Positions 28,390-39,900 are shown, numbered from the stretch's first letter. The stretch: DNA of 64,000 nucleotides from an uncultured Gammaproteobacteria bacterium (GCA_964394405.1 CAYMVY010000001.1:428585-492584), one strand, 5' to 3'. A program made the numbers and translations. The notes: generated by a model from the letters alone, not told the origin.

Positions 28390-29559
28390 ATGATAACTAT
28401 TCTCTTGTTTATTGTCATTCTCGGTATTTTGGTAGTAGTACACGAATGGGGTCATTATTACACTGCAAAAAAGTTTGGAATCAAAGTGCATGAATTTGGA
28501 TTCGGGTATCCACCCCGAGCTTTTGGGTGGTATCGTGATCCGAATACAAAGAAATTGAAATGGGTATGGGGAAATGGAAAGAGTAGTTTGAAAAAAACTG
28601 TTGCAGGAGATGAGCAGCAAAAAGAATTTCCAAACATGTTGTGGTCAGTGAATTGGCTCCCGCTCGGTGGATTTGTTCGAATCAAAGGGGAAAATGGTGA
28701 GCGCGCAGAGGAGCGGAATAGTTTTGGTCATCATAAGGCGTGGAAACGAATAACAGTGCTTGCTGCAGGTGTGATTATGAATATTATTCTCGCGGCCGTC
28801 GTCCTCTCCTTTGGGTTTATGATTGGACTTCCTGCTGACCTGTCACAGGGGGTAGATGCGCATGCTGAGATTGTCGAGAAACCAAGCGTAGTTATTCAAT
28901 CAGTTGAAAAAGATTCTCCAGCAGATACTGCAGGTATTATGTTCGGAGATAAAATTATTGCGATTGATGAGGTTTCAGTCACCAACTCCAAAGAATTGAT
29001 TGAATATGTGGCAGCACATGGTGAGGAGAGGGTGAAGTTGCAGGTGGTACGTGGAAGTGAAGAACTGGTACTCTATGCTACACCAGCTGTGTTGGAGGGA
29101 ATTCCAGAAGCTCGTCTTGGAGTGAGTATTGCTGAAGCCGGAATTATCCGGTATCCGTGGTATATTGCTATATATAAGGGATTTGTTGCGGCAGGGTTTG
29201 GGCTTGTTACTATCTTTGTTTCATTTTATTATCTGATCCTCAATCTGATTGCAGGTAAGGGGCTTGTATTTGACATCGCAGGTCCGGTAGGAATCGCTCA
29301 GGTGGTTGGTCAAAGCGCGCGTCTAGGTTTTCAATATGTACTCAATGTGACTGCGATGCTTTCGCTTAGCTTGGCTGCAATAAACATACTTCCGATTCCC
29401 GCACTTGATGGTGGACGCATATTGTTTGTTCTTCTGGAAAAGATAAAAGGTAAACCCGTCTCAATGAAATATGAACAGCTCGCGCACACCATTGGATTCG
29501 TACTGCTTATGACACTGGTTGTCGTGGTGACGTGGAGAGATATCGCAAAATTATTTTAA
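28390..29559 (+). CDS. rseP: RIP site-2 metalloprotease RseP (M50) with PDZ domain
   Basis: 389 aa. HEWGH zinc motif, PDZ, C-terminal LPIPALDGG. Confidence 0.85.
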   Translation: MITILLFIVILGILVVVHEWGHYYTAKKFGIKVHEFGFGYPPRAFGWYRDPNTKKLKWVWGNGKSSLKKTVAGDEQQKEFPNMLWSVNWLPLGGFVRIKGENGERAEERNSFGHHKAWKRITVLAAGVIMNIILAAVVLSFGFMIGLPADLSQGVDAHAEIVEKPSVVIQSVEKDSPADTAGIMFGDKIIAIDEVSVTNSKELIEYVAAHGEERVKLQVVRGSEELVLYATPAVLEGIPEARLGVSIAEAGIIRYPWYIAIYKGFVAAGFGLVTIFVSFYYLILNLIAGKGLVFDIAGPVGIAQVVGQSARLGFQYVLNVTAMLSLSLAAINILPIPALDGGRILFVLLEKIKGKPVSMKYEQLAHTIGFVLLMTLVVVVTWRDIAKLF

Positions 29560-29617
29560 TCTATTAGTTCGTAGCCAATAGGAATTGAAAGTTCTATGAA
29601 CTATTGGCTATCTCGCT

Positions 29618-30664
29618 ATGAACTTGAAAAGTATGATTGAAAAATTAGAAAGCATAAAAAAAGAAGCGACTGAAGCAATTAAAAAAGTTGTGTCATTAGA
29701 ACAACTCGAGGCAGTGCGTGAAAAATTTTTTAGTCGAAAATCAGGAGAATTTACAAATCTTTCAAAACAGATGAAAGATTTTTCAGACAGCGAACGGAAA
29801 AAAGTGGGACAAAAAATGAATGAAGTAAAAATAGGAATTGAGAATGGGATCGAAAAAAAGAAGCGTGAATTTGAAAATAAAATGTGGGATAGCATCAGAG
29901 AAACAGAAATGATTGACGTGACCGCGCCAAAAATTCAAGAGAAAAAGTCAGGACATCTTCATCCGATGACCATCACTCATACTGAATTGGAAGATCTATT
30001 TACCTCAATGGGTTTTATGGTGTTGGATGGCCCGGAACTTGAGAGCGAATATTATAATTTTGACGCGCTTAATATTCCTGAGAATCATCCTGCCCGTGAT
30101 TCACAAGATACGTTTTTTATCAAAGATCATCCAGAGTGGGTCATGCGCACTCACACGAGCCCGGTCCAGATCCGCGCGATGCAGAAATATGGTGCACCAC
30201 TTCGAGCAGTAGTATCTGGTCGCTGTTTTAGAAATGAAGCGACTGATGCGAGCCATGAACACACCTTTTATCAGATGGAAGGAATTGTAATTGATACAAA
30301 TATTTCGATTAGCAATCTTATTGGAGTTATGCGGGAACTCTTAAGAGGAGTACTCCGAAAAGATGTCGAGGTCCGGCTTCGTCCGGGATATTTCCCATTT
30401 GTTGAGCCAGGATTTGAACTTGATATGAAATGTCTTGTCTGTGGCGGAACCGGATGTGGCGCATGTAAACACAGTGGCTGGATTGAGACATTGCCCTGCG
30501 GACTGGTTCATCCGAGAGTTATTGAAGCCGGTGGTCTTGATCCAAAAGTGTGGTCTGGTTTTGCGTTTGGTCTCGGATCTATGCGTCTCTGTATGCAGAA
30601 ATATGGAATTGAAGATATTCGCCAATTGCATGGAGGAGACTTGAAGTTTTTAGAACAATTTTAA
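29618..30664 (+). CDS. pheS: phenylalanine--tRNA ligase alpha subunit (with Cys4 zinc-ribbon-like insertion)
   Basis: 348 aa. Class II motifs (HPARD, FRNE, GxGxGxER-like GFAFGLGSMRL). Insertion CLVCGGTGCGACKH. Confidence 0.9.
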   Translation: MNLKSMIEKLESIKKEATEAIKKVVSLEQLEAVREKFFSRKSGEFTNLSKQMKDFSDSERKKVGQKMNEVKIGIENGIEKKKREFENKMWDSIRETEMIDVTAPKIQEKKSGHLHPMTITHTELEDLFTSMGFMVLDGPELESEYYNFDALNIPENHPARDSQDTFFIKDHPEWVMRTHTSPVQIRAMQKYGAPLRAVVSGRCFRNEATDASHEHTFYQMEGIVIDTNISISNLIGVMRELLRGVLRKDVEVRLRPGYFPFVEPGFELDMKCLVCGGTGCGACKHSGWIETLPCGLVHPRVIEAGGLDPKVWSGFAFGLGSMRLCMQKYGIEDIRQLHGGDLKFLEQF

Positions 30665-30787
30665 GTAATATGGTTAAACTCAAAACTCAAATGTCAAAAC
30701 TAAAAACTATGACTAAAAACTTAAAAGTTTTGAAATTTAAGTTTCAATTTTACGTTTTGAGTTTTTAGCTTTGAGATTTAATAAAGT
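30665..30787. repeat. AT-rich palindromic intergenic repeat (family copy 4) inserted between pheS and pheT
   Basis: Left arm aaactcaaaactcaaatgtcaaaactaaaaactatgactaaaaa, right arm gttttgag tttttagctttgag. Separates the normally coupled pheS and pheT by 123 nt. Confidence 0.6.
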
Positions 30788-33250
30788 ATGTTAATTTCGT
30801 ACAAGTGGCTCAAACAATACGTTGATTTACCAGATTCACTCAGCCCCGAAGAATTGGGAAATGCGCTTACACTCTCAACTGTTGAGGTTGAGGGAATTCA
30901 CCATCAGGCAAAAGCGTTTGATGGGATTGTAGTTGGTGTTGTCAAAAAAGTAAAAAAACACGAAAATGCAGATACACTTAAAGTATGTGAAGTAGATGTG
31001 GGCACAGAAATACTTCAAATTGTGTGTGGCGGATCAAATGTGCGTGAGGGCATGAAAGTCATACTAGCAAAAGTGGGTGCTAAGGTACTGTGGCATGGTG
31101 AAGGAGAATTGGTGGAACTTACTCCAACCAAAATCCGCGGAGTCGAGTCACATGGAATGATTTGTGGTGCAGATGAAGTAGGGCTTCTTGACCTGTTTCC
31201 AAAGAGTGAAGAAAAAGAAATTGCTGATTTGTCAAAAATAAAAGCAAAGGCTGGGACACCGATCGCAACTGCTCTTGGCTATGATGATGTGGTAATTGAA
31301 ATTGACAATAAGTCTATCAATCATCGTCCGGATTTGTGGGGCCACTATGGAATGGTCAGAGAAGTTGCTGCCAAGTACCATAAAAAGTTAGCTCCCTATA
31401 AGGTAGCTGAGATAAAAGAAGGTAGTGAACAAAAAATTAAAGTTTCAATTGAAAATGCAGTAGATTCAATGAAATATAGCGCAATTGTAATGGATGGAGT
31501 AGTAGTCGGACCATCGCCTGAGAAATTACAACAACGTCTTCGCGCCGTGGGTATTAAGCCGATTAACAATATTGTTGATATTACTAATTATGTCATGTGT
31601 GATTTGGGACAGCCGATGCATGCTTTTGATAAGGAAAAAGTAAAAGGTCAAAAGGAAAAAGTAGAAATACAGGTGAGAAGAGCGAAGGTAGGAGAAAAAT
31701 TAGTTACTATTGATGGGAAGGAGAGAGAGTTGAGTGAAGAAATGCTCGTGATTGCAGATAGTGAAAAGCCACTTGCAATAGCGGGAGTGATGGGTGGTAA
31801 AGAAACGGAGATTACCAATGCAACAACTTCAATTATTTTTGAGTCAGCTCATTTTAATGCAGCGTTGATAAGAAAAACTACTACCAAATTGGGACTTCGG
31901 ACCGATGCGTCTGCACGATTCGAGAAAAGTTTGGATCCGAATAATTGTGCATATGCGCTCAAGCGCGCGGTAGAATTGGTTTTAGAAGTTTGCCCGAATG
32001 CGCGTGTGGTGAGTGGTATTGCTGAAAAAGGAAAGATAGAGACATTCAGAGGTCCGATAGTAGTACCAAAAGAATATATCAATAAAAAAATTGGAATGGA
32101 GATTGGAACCAAAGAATGCGTGCGAATTTTGGAAAATTTAGGATTCGGTGTTACGGTTTTTGGAAAAAAAGAAGGGGAAACGCTTAAAGTCGAAGTACCC
32201 AGTTGGCGCGGAACCAAAGATATTTCAATTCCTGAAGATATTGTTGAGGAAATCGCTCGAATGTATGGGTATGGGAATATTGAGACCACGCTCCCAATGT
32301 TTTCGATTACTCCGCCGGAGCGAAATGAAATAAGAATGACTGAGCGAAAAATTCGCACCACACTCTCAGGTCCGCTTGGCTTTACTGAAACTTTGAACTA
32401 CTCATTTGTCTCTCCGCAACTAGTAGAGATGCTTGAGCTCGATCTCTCGAACCATATCGAACTCGATAATCCGATTGCAAGTGATCGTCCACTGTTACGT
32501 CGCTCGTTGCTTCCAAATTTGATTGAAGTTATTGAAAAAAATAACCACCGACAAGAAGATATTTGTATCTATGAAATTGGAAAAGTGTACATAGTAGAAG
32601 AGCCGGGACATCGAGTGGCTGAAAAAAGTGACGAATTATTGCCCCGTCAGGATTCCATGCTAGGTATTATGTATTCTAGTAAGAATGAGACAAAACCATT
32701 TTTTACCGTTGCAGAAGCAGTACGAGAAATTGGTCCCAAGCTAGGAATTGATATCGTAATTGAGCCAGGTATTACTGAAGCCCCACATATACATAGTGGT
32801 AGGTATGGAAAAGTGATGGTGGGGAGCGATCAGGTGGGAGAAGTATATGAGATACATCCGAGAATTCAGGAAAAACTTGGGTTGGCGAATCGTGTAAGTT
32901 ATGCGGAGATAAATCTTCGAATACTTTCTGAGTACGCCACGATTCGATCTTCGTACAAATCGCTTTCACCATACCCGGCAGTCGCGCGAGATATTGCATG
33001 TGTAGTGTCTACCACCGCACTGCATCGAGATATTCATGCAGCGCTTAGCGGGGCGCATCCGCTCATCACCTCAGTGGTATTATTTGATGTGTATGAAGGA
33101 AAAAATGTTGGTGAAAAAAAGAAAAGTGTTGCATATCACATCACCTATCAATCATATGACCATACGCTTGAGACCGCAGAAATCGATGCAGCTCACGCCA
33201 CAGTAGAAAAAATTCTCAAAGAAAAATTCAAAGCTGAAATTCGGAAGTAA
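30788..33250 (+). CDS. pheT: phenylalanine--tRNA ligase beta subunit
   Basis: 820 aa. tRNA-binding OB domain, B3/B4, B5 and anticodon-binding FDX-like C-terminus. Confidence 0.9.
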   Translation: MLISYKWLKQYVDLPDSLSPEELGNALTLSTVEVEGIHHQAKAFDGIVVGVVKKVKKHENADTLKVCEVDVGTEILQIVCGGSNVREGMKVILAKVGAKVLWHGEGELVELTPTKIRGVESHGMICGADEVGLLDLFPKSEEKEIADLSKIKAKAGTPIATALGYDDVVIEIDNKSINHRPDLWGHYGMVREVAAKYHKKLAPYKVAEIKEGSEQKIKVSIENAVDSMKYSAIVMDGVVVGPSPEKLQQRLRAVGIKPINNIVDITNYVMCDLGQPMHAFDKEKVKGQKEKVEIQVRRAKVGEKLVTIDGKERELSEEMLVIADSEKPLAIAGVMGGKETEITNATTSIIFESAHFNAALIRKTTTKLGLRTDASARFEKSLDPNNCAYALKRAVELVLEVCPNARVVSGIAEKGKIETFRGPIVVPKEYINKKIGMEIGTKECVRILENLGFGVTVFGKKEGETLKVEVPSWRGTKDISIPEDIVEEIARMYGYGNIETTLPMFSITPPERNEIRMTERKIRTTLSGPLGFTETLNYSFVSPQLVEMLELDLSNHIELDNPIASDRPLLRRSLLPNLIEVIEKNNHRQEDICIYEIGKVYIVEEPGHRVAEKSDELLPRQDSMLGIMYSSKNETKPFFTVAEAVREIGPKLGIDIVIEPGITEAPHIHSGRYGKVMVGSDQVGEVYEIHPRIQEKLGLANRVSYAEINLRILSEYATIRSSYKSLSPYPAVARDIACVVSTTALHRDIHAALSGAHPLITSVVLFDVYEGKNVGEKKKSVAYHITYQSYDHTLETAEIDAAHATVEKILKEKFKAEIRK

Positions 33251-33274
33251 TTAATTCCTAATTAGGAGCCTGTT

Positions 33275-34462
33275 ATGAAAATTATTAAAGTGTTCGTGTG
33301 GTCAATTATCGTCACGCTTACTTTTGTATGCGCATTTTTTCTTCAATTTCTAATTATTAATCCTACAACAGGTCACAAAAATACAGTCGTTGTCACCGAT
33401 TCAGTGTCTGTAGAGGCGGATGAAAAGAAATCAGGGATATGGGCTCTACAATGGAAAGATGTTGATGGAAATACGACAGTACTCGCGACTTCGACAGAAA
33501 AAAATCTTCTTGGGTATAGCGAGACAGTGCAGTATCAAAAAAATGATAAAAATTACATTTTTTTCTATGCAGGTGCATATGGAGCAGATAATTTTAAGCT
33601 CTATTTGTTTGATGTTAATACTAAAACATTGAGTACTATTCTTGATCCAGGTAAAGGAGGTATGGAGCCTGATCAGATTGAGATAATCAACGATACTTTA
33701 TATTTCTCTTTTCTATCATATGGACCGGAGGATGCAGGAGGTCTCTATTACATAGATCTTCTTGACCCAACTTTGAAAATCAATAAAATAATTACTTCTT
33801 ATAGTGTTGATTACTATGTAGTGCATAAATGGGGACACTACTGGGTAAGAGAATCATACGCAAGTGGAGGAAGTGGTTATGAAAGTTACCGTTTGTTTGA
33901 TACTTCTTCAAAAGAAATTGGCAATACTACGTACGGAGATACTAATGGTGAAAGTTTGATCGGGGTTACCAAAGATAATAGGGCCATCTTGTTTTCTGCA
34001 GGATGGGATATATTGATGCGTCCGTTGGGTGAGGAAAAAAATGACATCCTACTTTTTGATTCAGAAGATCTACTTGCTGGCACCACTCCATTCTATAGAG
34101 AAGACGACAATGATTTGTATTTGATTGGAAAAGAAGTCTGGATCTATGATTTTGATACCAAAGAGACTAAAAAAATACAGCCAGTAAATTTTTATGCTGA
34201 AGGAGAATTGTCAGGTTTTAGGGTATTGGAATTTTTGAAAGGAAATAAAATTTGTTTATTTAATGCAATGGATATGCGACGACCCACGTTCTATGCTATC
34301 TTGGATATGAATAATACTCCCGGGATCATTGATCAAGGTCATCGCAGGGTAGATTTTAGTGAAGAAACATGCCAGTCAGAGGAGGGGCAGTTACGAAGAA
34401 ATCAAGCAGAGAAACCCTCGCAAGAGCTGTCGCCAAATGTACAAATTGTGCACATACCGTAA
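33275..34462 (+). CDS. hypothetical membrane-anchored extracytoplasmic protein
   Basis: 395 aa. N-terminal TM helix, then beta-rich sequence. No family recognised. Confidence 0.5.
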   Translation: MKIIKVFVWSIIVTLTFVCAFFLQFLIINPTTGHKNTVVVTDSVSVEADEKKSGIWALQWKDVDGNTTVLATSTEKNLLGYSETVQYQKNDKNYIFFYAGAYGADNFKLYLFDVNTKTLSTILDPGKGGMEPDQIEIINDTLYFSFLSYGPEDAGGLYYIDLLDPTLKINKIITSYSVDYYVVHKWGHYWVRESYASGGSGYESYRLFDTSSKEIGNTTYGDTNGESLIGVTKDNRAILFSAGWDILMRPLGEEKNDILLFDSEDLLAGTTPFYREDDNDLYLIGKEVWIYDFDTKETKKIQPVNFYAEGELSGFRVLEFLKGNKICLFNAMDMRRPTFYAILDMNNTPGIIDQGHRRVDFSEETCQSEEGQLRRNQAEKPSQELSPNVQIVHIP

Positions 34463-34465
34463 ACT

Positions 34466-34498
34466 AAAATCGCCCTCCAATTCAGAGGGCGATTTTTA
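34466..34498 (+). terminator. rho-independent terminator
   Basis: aaaatcgccctc-caattca-gagggcgatttttaattt. Confidence 0.6.
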
Positions 34499-34606
34499 AT
34501 TTATATAATTGTTGAATGGGCGAAGGGGCGGGCTTGTGTAGCGCCGTGCAACACTCTCGTGCTGTAGCACGTGGATGATACTAAAAGTAGCCTATTTGTC
34601 AATGCA

Positions 34607-34635
34607 TTGACATTTAGGCATTTTTATGCTAACGT
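34607..34635 (+). promoter_or_regulatory. candidate promoter TTGACA-N17-(TGc)TAACGT for Ig-like surface protein gene, preceded by a GC-rich leader element
   Basis: ttgaca 34607-34612. Same ttatgcTAnnnT extended -10 architecture as other promoters in the window. Confidence 0.35.
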
Positions 34636-34663
34636 TCCCTTATAAATACATAACCAAACGTAT

Positions 34664-35860
34664 ATGAAAAAACCTCTTATTTTAGCCATTTTTGCTCTAT
34701 CTGTGGGGGCAGGATTCGGTATGTCTGTGCCTGCACACGCTGCTGACAACGTGAATTTTATTACCGTATCTTCATGCGAACAGGTAGGAAGTGATATTCG
34801 TATCAGTAGAAATAATGGCCCAAAGCACATCCTCACCAGCTCATGTCGGGATGCAGGGCATGGAAAACGTCTCTATAAGATGACGTGTATTTCAAGTAAA
34901 CAATATAAAGTAGAATGGACAACACCAACAGCATGTACCGGAGGATCTACGACCTCAGATACGATAGCGCCAAGTGTTTCTATGAGCGCAAACAAATCAA
35001 CGGTGAGCAACAATGAGAGTGTTACACTTACAGTCACTGCATCTGATGCAAAAGGTGTGACAAAGATTGAAATCCGCGAAGGATCGACTGTGGTAAAGAC
35101 CTGCTCAGGTTCTAATCTTACTTCATGCGCGCATACCTTCGTAGCAGTTGGGCAACAGAATACAGAGAGAGCTCAGACTTTTACCGCAAAGGCATATGAT
35201 GCTGCGGGGAATGTGGGCACCTCTTCATCAGTCATTATCCGCACACGCGCAACGAATGTCGATACTACAAGACCAGAAGTAACTATTTCTGCGAATAAGG
35301 CTACTATACAAACAGGCGAGAAAGTGACTATTACGACACATGCAACTGATACGAGTGGTATCTCAAAACTTGAAATCTATCAAAACGGAGTCAAAGTAAA
35401 GACATGTGAGAATAGAAAAAGTTGTTCGTATACTACTGAATTCAGCCAGTCTACGGTGCCCAATTCAGCGACCTATTCATTCTATGCAAAGGCTATTGAT
35501 ATGAAGGGTAATGTGCAGCAGTCAAATACCGTACAAGTGACTGTTACCAATGTGTATACCCTGACCGCGAGTTTGTCTCAAGTCAATTATACGGTTAATT
35601 CTATCCCCTGGGTACGAGCACGAGCTCATGCAAACGCATCTGAAGGTATTGCTCGTATAGAAATTTATGGAATCAAAAATGGAACTACACACCTAGGGAA
35701 GCGATGTAGCTGGAATACTAAGCCAAAGAGTCAATCATGTGCTGTAGAATATCCACGAAGTACTGTCGAAGCATATCTTCCATTCGCTGTATATGCAAAA
35801 GTGACTGATGTGAAGGGTCATACGTATATCACACCAGTTACCACCGTGACCACACTTTAA
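34664..35860 (+). CDS. secreted surface protein with 3-4 tandem Ig-like (bacterial Ig / Cys-pair) domains
   Basis: 398 aa. Signal peptide ending AHA-AD. About 95-aa repeats (TxxPxVxISANKxT...TxTATDxxGxxKIEI..NG..VKTC...C..T). Confidence 0.65.
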   Translation: MKKPLILAIFALSVGAGFGMSVPAHAADNVNFITVSSCEQVGSDIRISRNNGPKHILTSSCRDAGHGKRLYKMTCISSKQYKVEWTTPTACTGGSTTSDTIAPSVSMSANKSTVSNNESVTLTVTASDAKGVTKIEIREGSTVVKTCSGSNLTSCAHTFVAVGQQNTERAQTFTAKAYDAAGNVGTSSSVIIRTRATNVDTTRPEVTISANKATIQTGEKVTITTHATDTSGISKLEIYQNGVKVKTCENRKSCSYTTEFSQSTVPNSATYSFYAKAIDMKGNVQQSNTVQVTVTNVYTLTASLSQVNYTVNSIPWVRARAHANASEGIARIEIYGIKNGTTHLGKRCSWNTKPKSQSCAVEYPRSTVEAYLPFAVYAKVTDVKGHTYITPVTTVTTL

Positions 35861-35882
35861 TTTTATTTGAACATCAACTTAT

Positions 35883-35912
35883 ACACACCCGTCTTCGGGT
35901 GTGTTATTTTTG
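35883..35912 (+). terminator. rho-independent terminator
   Basis: acacacccg-tctt-cgggtgtgt then T-run. Confidence 0.6.
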
Positions 35913-36006
35913 CAATACAAAATTATGGTATACTAAACCTGTTAAAGTAATAGTTATTCTTTTTTGACTTTTTACTTTTACCTTTTAACTTTGTTCCACC
36001 TGTTAT

Positions 36007-36333
36007 ATGTTTGAAACAAGTCGCGACTTATTATATGTAGTACTCTCACTTGCGATTATCTGGTTTACCGTATTTTTGTGCTGGCTTATGTATCAGGCAG
36101 GACGCACACTTCGAAATGTGAACAGAATCGTCGAGGCGGCGCTAGAAAAAATGGAAATGATTTCTACTGCAGTGGAATTTATACGAAAAAAAGTAGATAA
36201 TATGTCGAGTCATCTAGGAGCGGTTTCAGGAATTGCATCAGGGTTATTTGAAAAATTTGTGGTAAGTAAATTGTCTGACAAGCTCGATGAGAAGCTCGCG
36301 GGAAGGAAAGTGAAGTCGAGGAAAGAAGATTAA
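36007..36333 (+). CDS. small hypothetical membrane protein
   Basis: 108 aa. One N-terminal TM helix, coiled-coil C-terminus. Confidence 0.45.
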   Translation: MFETSRDLLYVVLSLAIIWFTVFLCWLMYQAGRTLRNVNRIVEAALEKMEMISTAVEFIRKKVDNMSSHLGAVSGIASGLFEKFVVSKLSDKLDEKLAGRKVKSRKED

Positions 36334-36372
36334 TTTTACCATCCTGTTTAGGGAGGGATTAAAAAAATTCAT

Positions 36373-36927
36373 ATGAGGAGGGGAACAGCAATCTTTATTT
36401 TTATTGGATTGTTTTTTGTTTGTGCAATTAGTGGAGTAGCGTATTTTTTAAGTCTCGAAAATACGCGCACTTCTGAAAGGAATGAGGTGCCGATTGTTTT
36501 AGGAGTACTTCCCGAGGGAGTAAGTGTTATTGAAAAAGAGGGAAATAGAATATTGAGAGACGAGCGAGTGGGATATGAGATGGAAATTCCTGATGATACA
36601 CGTTTGAAAACAGAGGGGAGTAGAATACTATTGTATAGTTCAGAGTCCGATGTGCCGGTTTTGGGTGGAATAAACATTTTCAAAAGCAATAATAATTTGT
36701 CATTGGAAGAGTGGGTAGAAGCGCTCCATCAGGAGATCGGATTTTTGTATTATGACGAAAGAGAAAAAATAACCATTAATGAAGTCGAAGTAATCAAAAT
36801 AAAAGTTGAGGGTGAGATTGAAACATTTGAATATTATTTCAAAAAAGATAATGCAATTGTTGGTATCAGTTTACCAGCACATGCTGATTTTAATCACTAT
36901 ATACAAAGTATTCGAATACTTAGATAA
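36373..36927 (+). CDS. hypothetical membrane-anchored protein
   Basis: 184 aa. N-terminal TM helix. Confidence 0.45.
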   Translation: MRRGTAIFIFIGLFFVCAISGVAYFLSLENTRTSERNEVPIVLGVLPEGVSVIEKEGNRILRDERVGYEMEIPDDTRLKTEGSRILLYSSESDVPVLGGINIFKSNNNLSLEEWVEALHQEIGFLYYDEREKITINEVEVIKIKVEGEIETFEYYFKKDNAIVGISLPAHADFNHYIQSIRILR

Positions 36928-36944
36928 CTTTTAGTTTAAAACAT

Positions 36945-39900
36945 ATGAAAAGGAGGGGGCTAAGGGTTTTTTGGTATATTATTTTTTGTGCAGTGTTGAG
37001 CTGTGGAGGTAAAAGTATAAGCGTAGCGGCCAACAACACGGATCAGTTTTTGCAGTTGCCGATCGCGTCAAGTATAAAGGTATTACAAGGCTGGATCTAC
37101 ACCATGCCAGTGAATGGAAATCTCAATCATGGAGCCATGGATTATGACTGTGAGCCGGGTGAGTCTATTTTTGCTGCATCAGATGGAATTGCAATGTCCT
37201 CAAGACAAGTGAGTGCAGTTTCGGGATTTGGATATGGAAATTTTGTTTTTATAAAACATGATAATGAATACGCGACGCTATACGGGCATCTACACAAGCC
37301 AAGCGAAAAGATTATCGTGTATCCAAGTAATCAAAAATCAAATACACATTATTCCGAATGGGTTAGGGTACAGAAAGGAGACTACATTGGCGAGTGTGGC
37401 ACTTCAGGGGCGGATAATGTACATCTTCATTTTGAAGTGACAACTGGGAAATACGCAGTAGGTCGTGTTGATAGCTACGACCTCTACAAAACCAAACAAT
37501 TTTACCCGCCCAATGCTTCATATACTGCGTTGGGAGAAAAACATCTGTGGATGAGTGATCCTCCACAATATCTGGAAACAAAAATTGTTGAAAATCAAGT
37601 AAACGAGATGGTCACAGAAAAGAAAAGTATTTTGGATACGATCAAAGATTGGTTTGCACCAAGAGAAGTAATATCACCAGAGAGCAAAGAACGGGATACC
37701 TTAGTCACAGAAGAACTAGACTTATCTTTTGTAGATAAAAAAATATCCTTACGTGCACATCCTACGGAGAATATGCATGTAATAGTACAAGCAAAAAATA
37801 TTGGTTCTAGAGTCTGGAAAAAACAGGAAATCTCGCTCAATGTGATTGGTGGGCGAGAAGCAAATTCGATCTTCCGTCATCCTACCTGGGTTACTGATCT
37901 ACGTCCTGCATTGTTGGATAATACAGAAGTAAAACCAGGTGAAATTGGTACCTTCAGCGTACGTATCAAAAGTTTGAGTGAAGGGTCGTACACAGTGCGA
38001 CTAATGGCTGTAGAAGTAGGTACCTGGAAACAGATTGGAGCGGAAAGTATTGAGATCTCTATTGGTATAAGCGAAGAACCGCAAGAAACGATTGGGGAAA
38101 CACCAACATCTACGTCTAAAACAGAAAAAGGTAATCCTTTTGAAGGAATCGTTCGGGGAATAAAAGAGTTTACAGAAACGGTAGTAGATAAAGTGGTAGA
38201 TGTAATTAAATCAGTGCCAAGATTTTTGGGGGGTGGTGGAGGGGGATATTCTTCATCAAATGAACATAGTCAGTCTGTAGTAGAAAATCCTGTTGCAGAT
38301 CCGATTGTAATAGAGGAGCAGAATGTAGCAGAGGAAAATACAGAAGTTGAAAGTGTTCCTGAAATACAGAAAGAAGTCATACTCAATGAAATCGCATGGT
38401 CTGGATCAAGTGGTGCATGCTCGGATCATGAATGGATTGAGTTATATAATACATCGAGTACTGAGCAATCGCTTGAGAATTGGGTACTCGATATTCATAC
38501 GATAGACTCTACGAGCACAGTTATGTTAACTGGATCGATTGGAGGAAACGGATACTATCTGATCTCGCATGCAGGTGTATTTCCACCGTCTACTATCCCA
38601 GATCTGGTTATACTCCCGAATGTACAGATTCCAGATAATGGTGCAAGGCTCGTATTAAAAAATCAAGATGGAGAAATTGTTGATGAAATAGATCAAAGGG
38701 AGGGATGGCTCGGTGGAGATACGGGACGATTTCCGCGCACGCTGGAACGTGCATCATCGCATCTGTTGGATGGGGTAAATACTCGTTGGGAAACCAGTGA
38801 TTCAGTACGATACGGAGTTGCTTCGGGAGTGTGTGGGCAAATTACGGGAAGTCCAGGTATGGCAAATGAGGGATATGCATATGTATCAGACAATACCCTC
38901 GGATTTTATACTGATCAAGCTGGTGAAATTGTATTATCTTCAGAAGAAAATCCATATTTATTTTCAACGTTCAGCATACCTCAGGGAGAAAAAGTGAGTA
39001 TTAGTCGAGGAACAGTTTTCGCGGGTATTAGCTCTGACGCACGTATAGATGTAGGAGGGGAGTTGGTAGTACAAGGAAGTGAGAGTGAACCTGTAATTAT
39101 TACTTCTCGAAATGATACAGAATACATTACTTCGACTTCGTTGTGGAATAATTTATTTACCGGACAGACACCGCAAGCTGGGGATTGGCAACATATTACG
39201 ATTCATAGTGAAGGAAAACTCACTATTACTCATGCACAGATTCGGTATGGGGGGAATAGATATGGTGCAAGTATCGCATGCCTTGCATGTGCAAGATCGC
39301 AAGTGATTTCTAATCACGGTGGAAGCATATTATTATCGCATGTGGAGATAAGTAATGGATATGAATCGGGTAGTAGTGGCAAACCTGATTCTTTGATTTA
39401 CTCAGACGGCGGGAGTGTAGTGCTTGATCAATTGCATCTGCATCACGGTAAACGCGCATTGCATAGTGAGGGAAATGCAGAAATTAGCACCCGATCACTT
39501 ACCATGCATGATTTTGATTTGACTGATAAAGTTGTATTTTTTCAAGACAGAATGCCGACTGTGTGGGAGGATATTATATTTGGGGAAAATTCTCCGACAT
39601 ACGCGTACAGCCCTGCGTTAGTAGTCACTAGTTCATATATATTTAGCACCGGCACTCAGTTTCAATTTAGTACCGTGTCTGTGAGTCGGGGCGCAACGCT
39701 TACGATTAATGAAGGAAATTTGTATGCAACAGAAATAAAAATTCATGGAAATTTGAATATGCAGGGTGGAGCAACAAAAAATGAAATATCAGGCGGACCG
39801 TCTTCTTCAAGTGTATTTTCGTATATTTTGTTTTCACCTAGTTCGACGGGTGTATTATCACAGGTACGGTTGCGAGGTGGTGGGTATAGTTCTGCAAATC

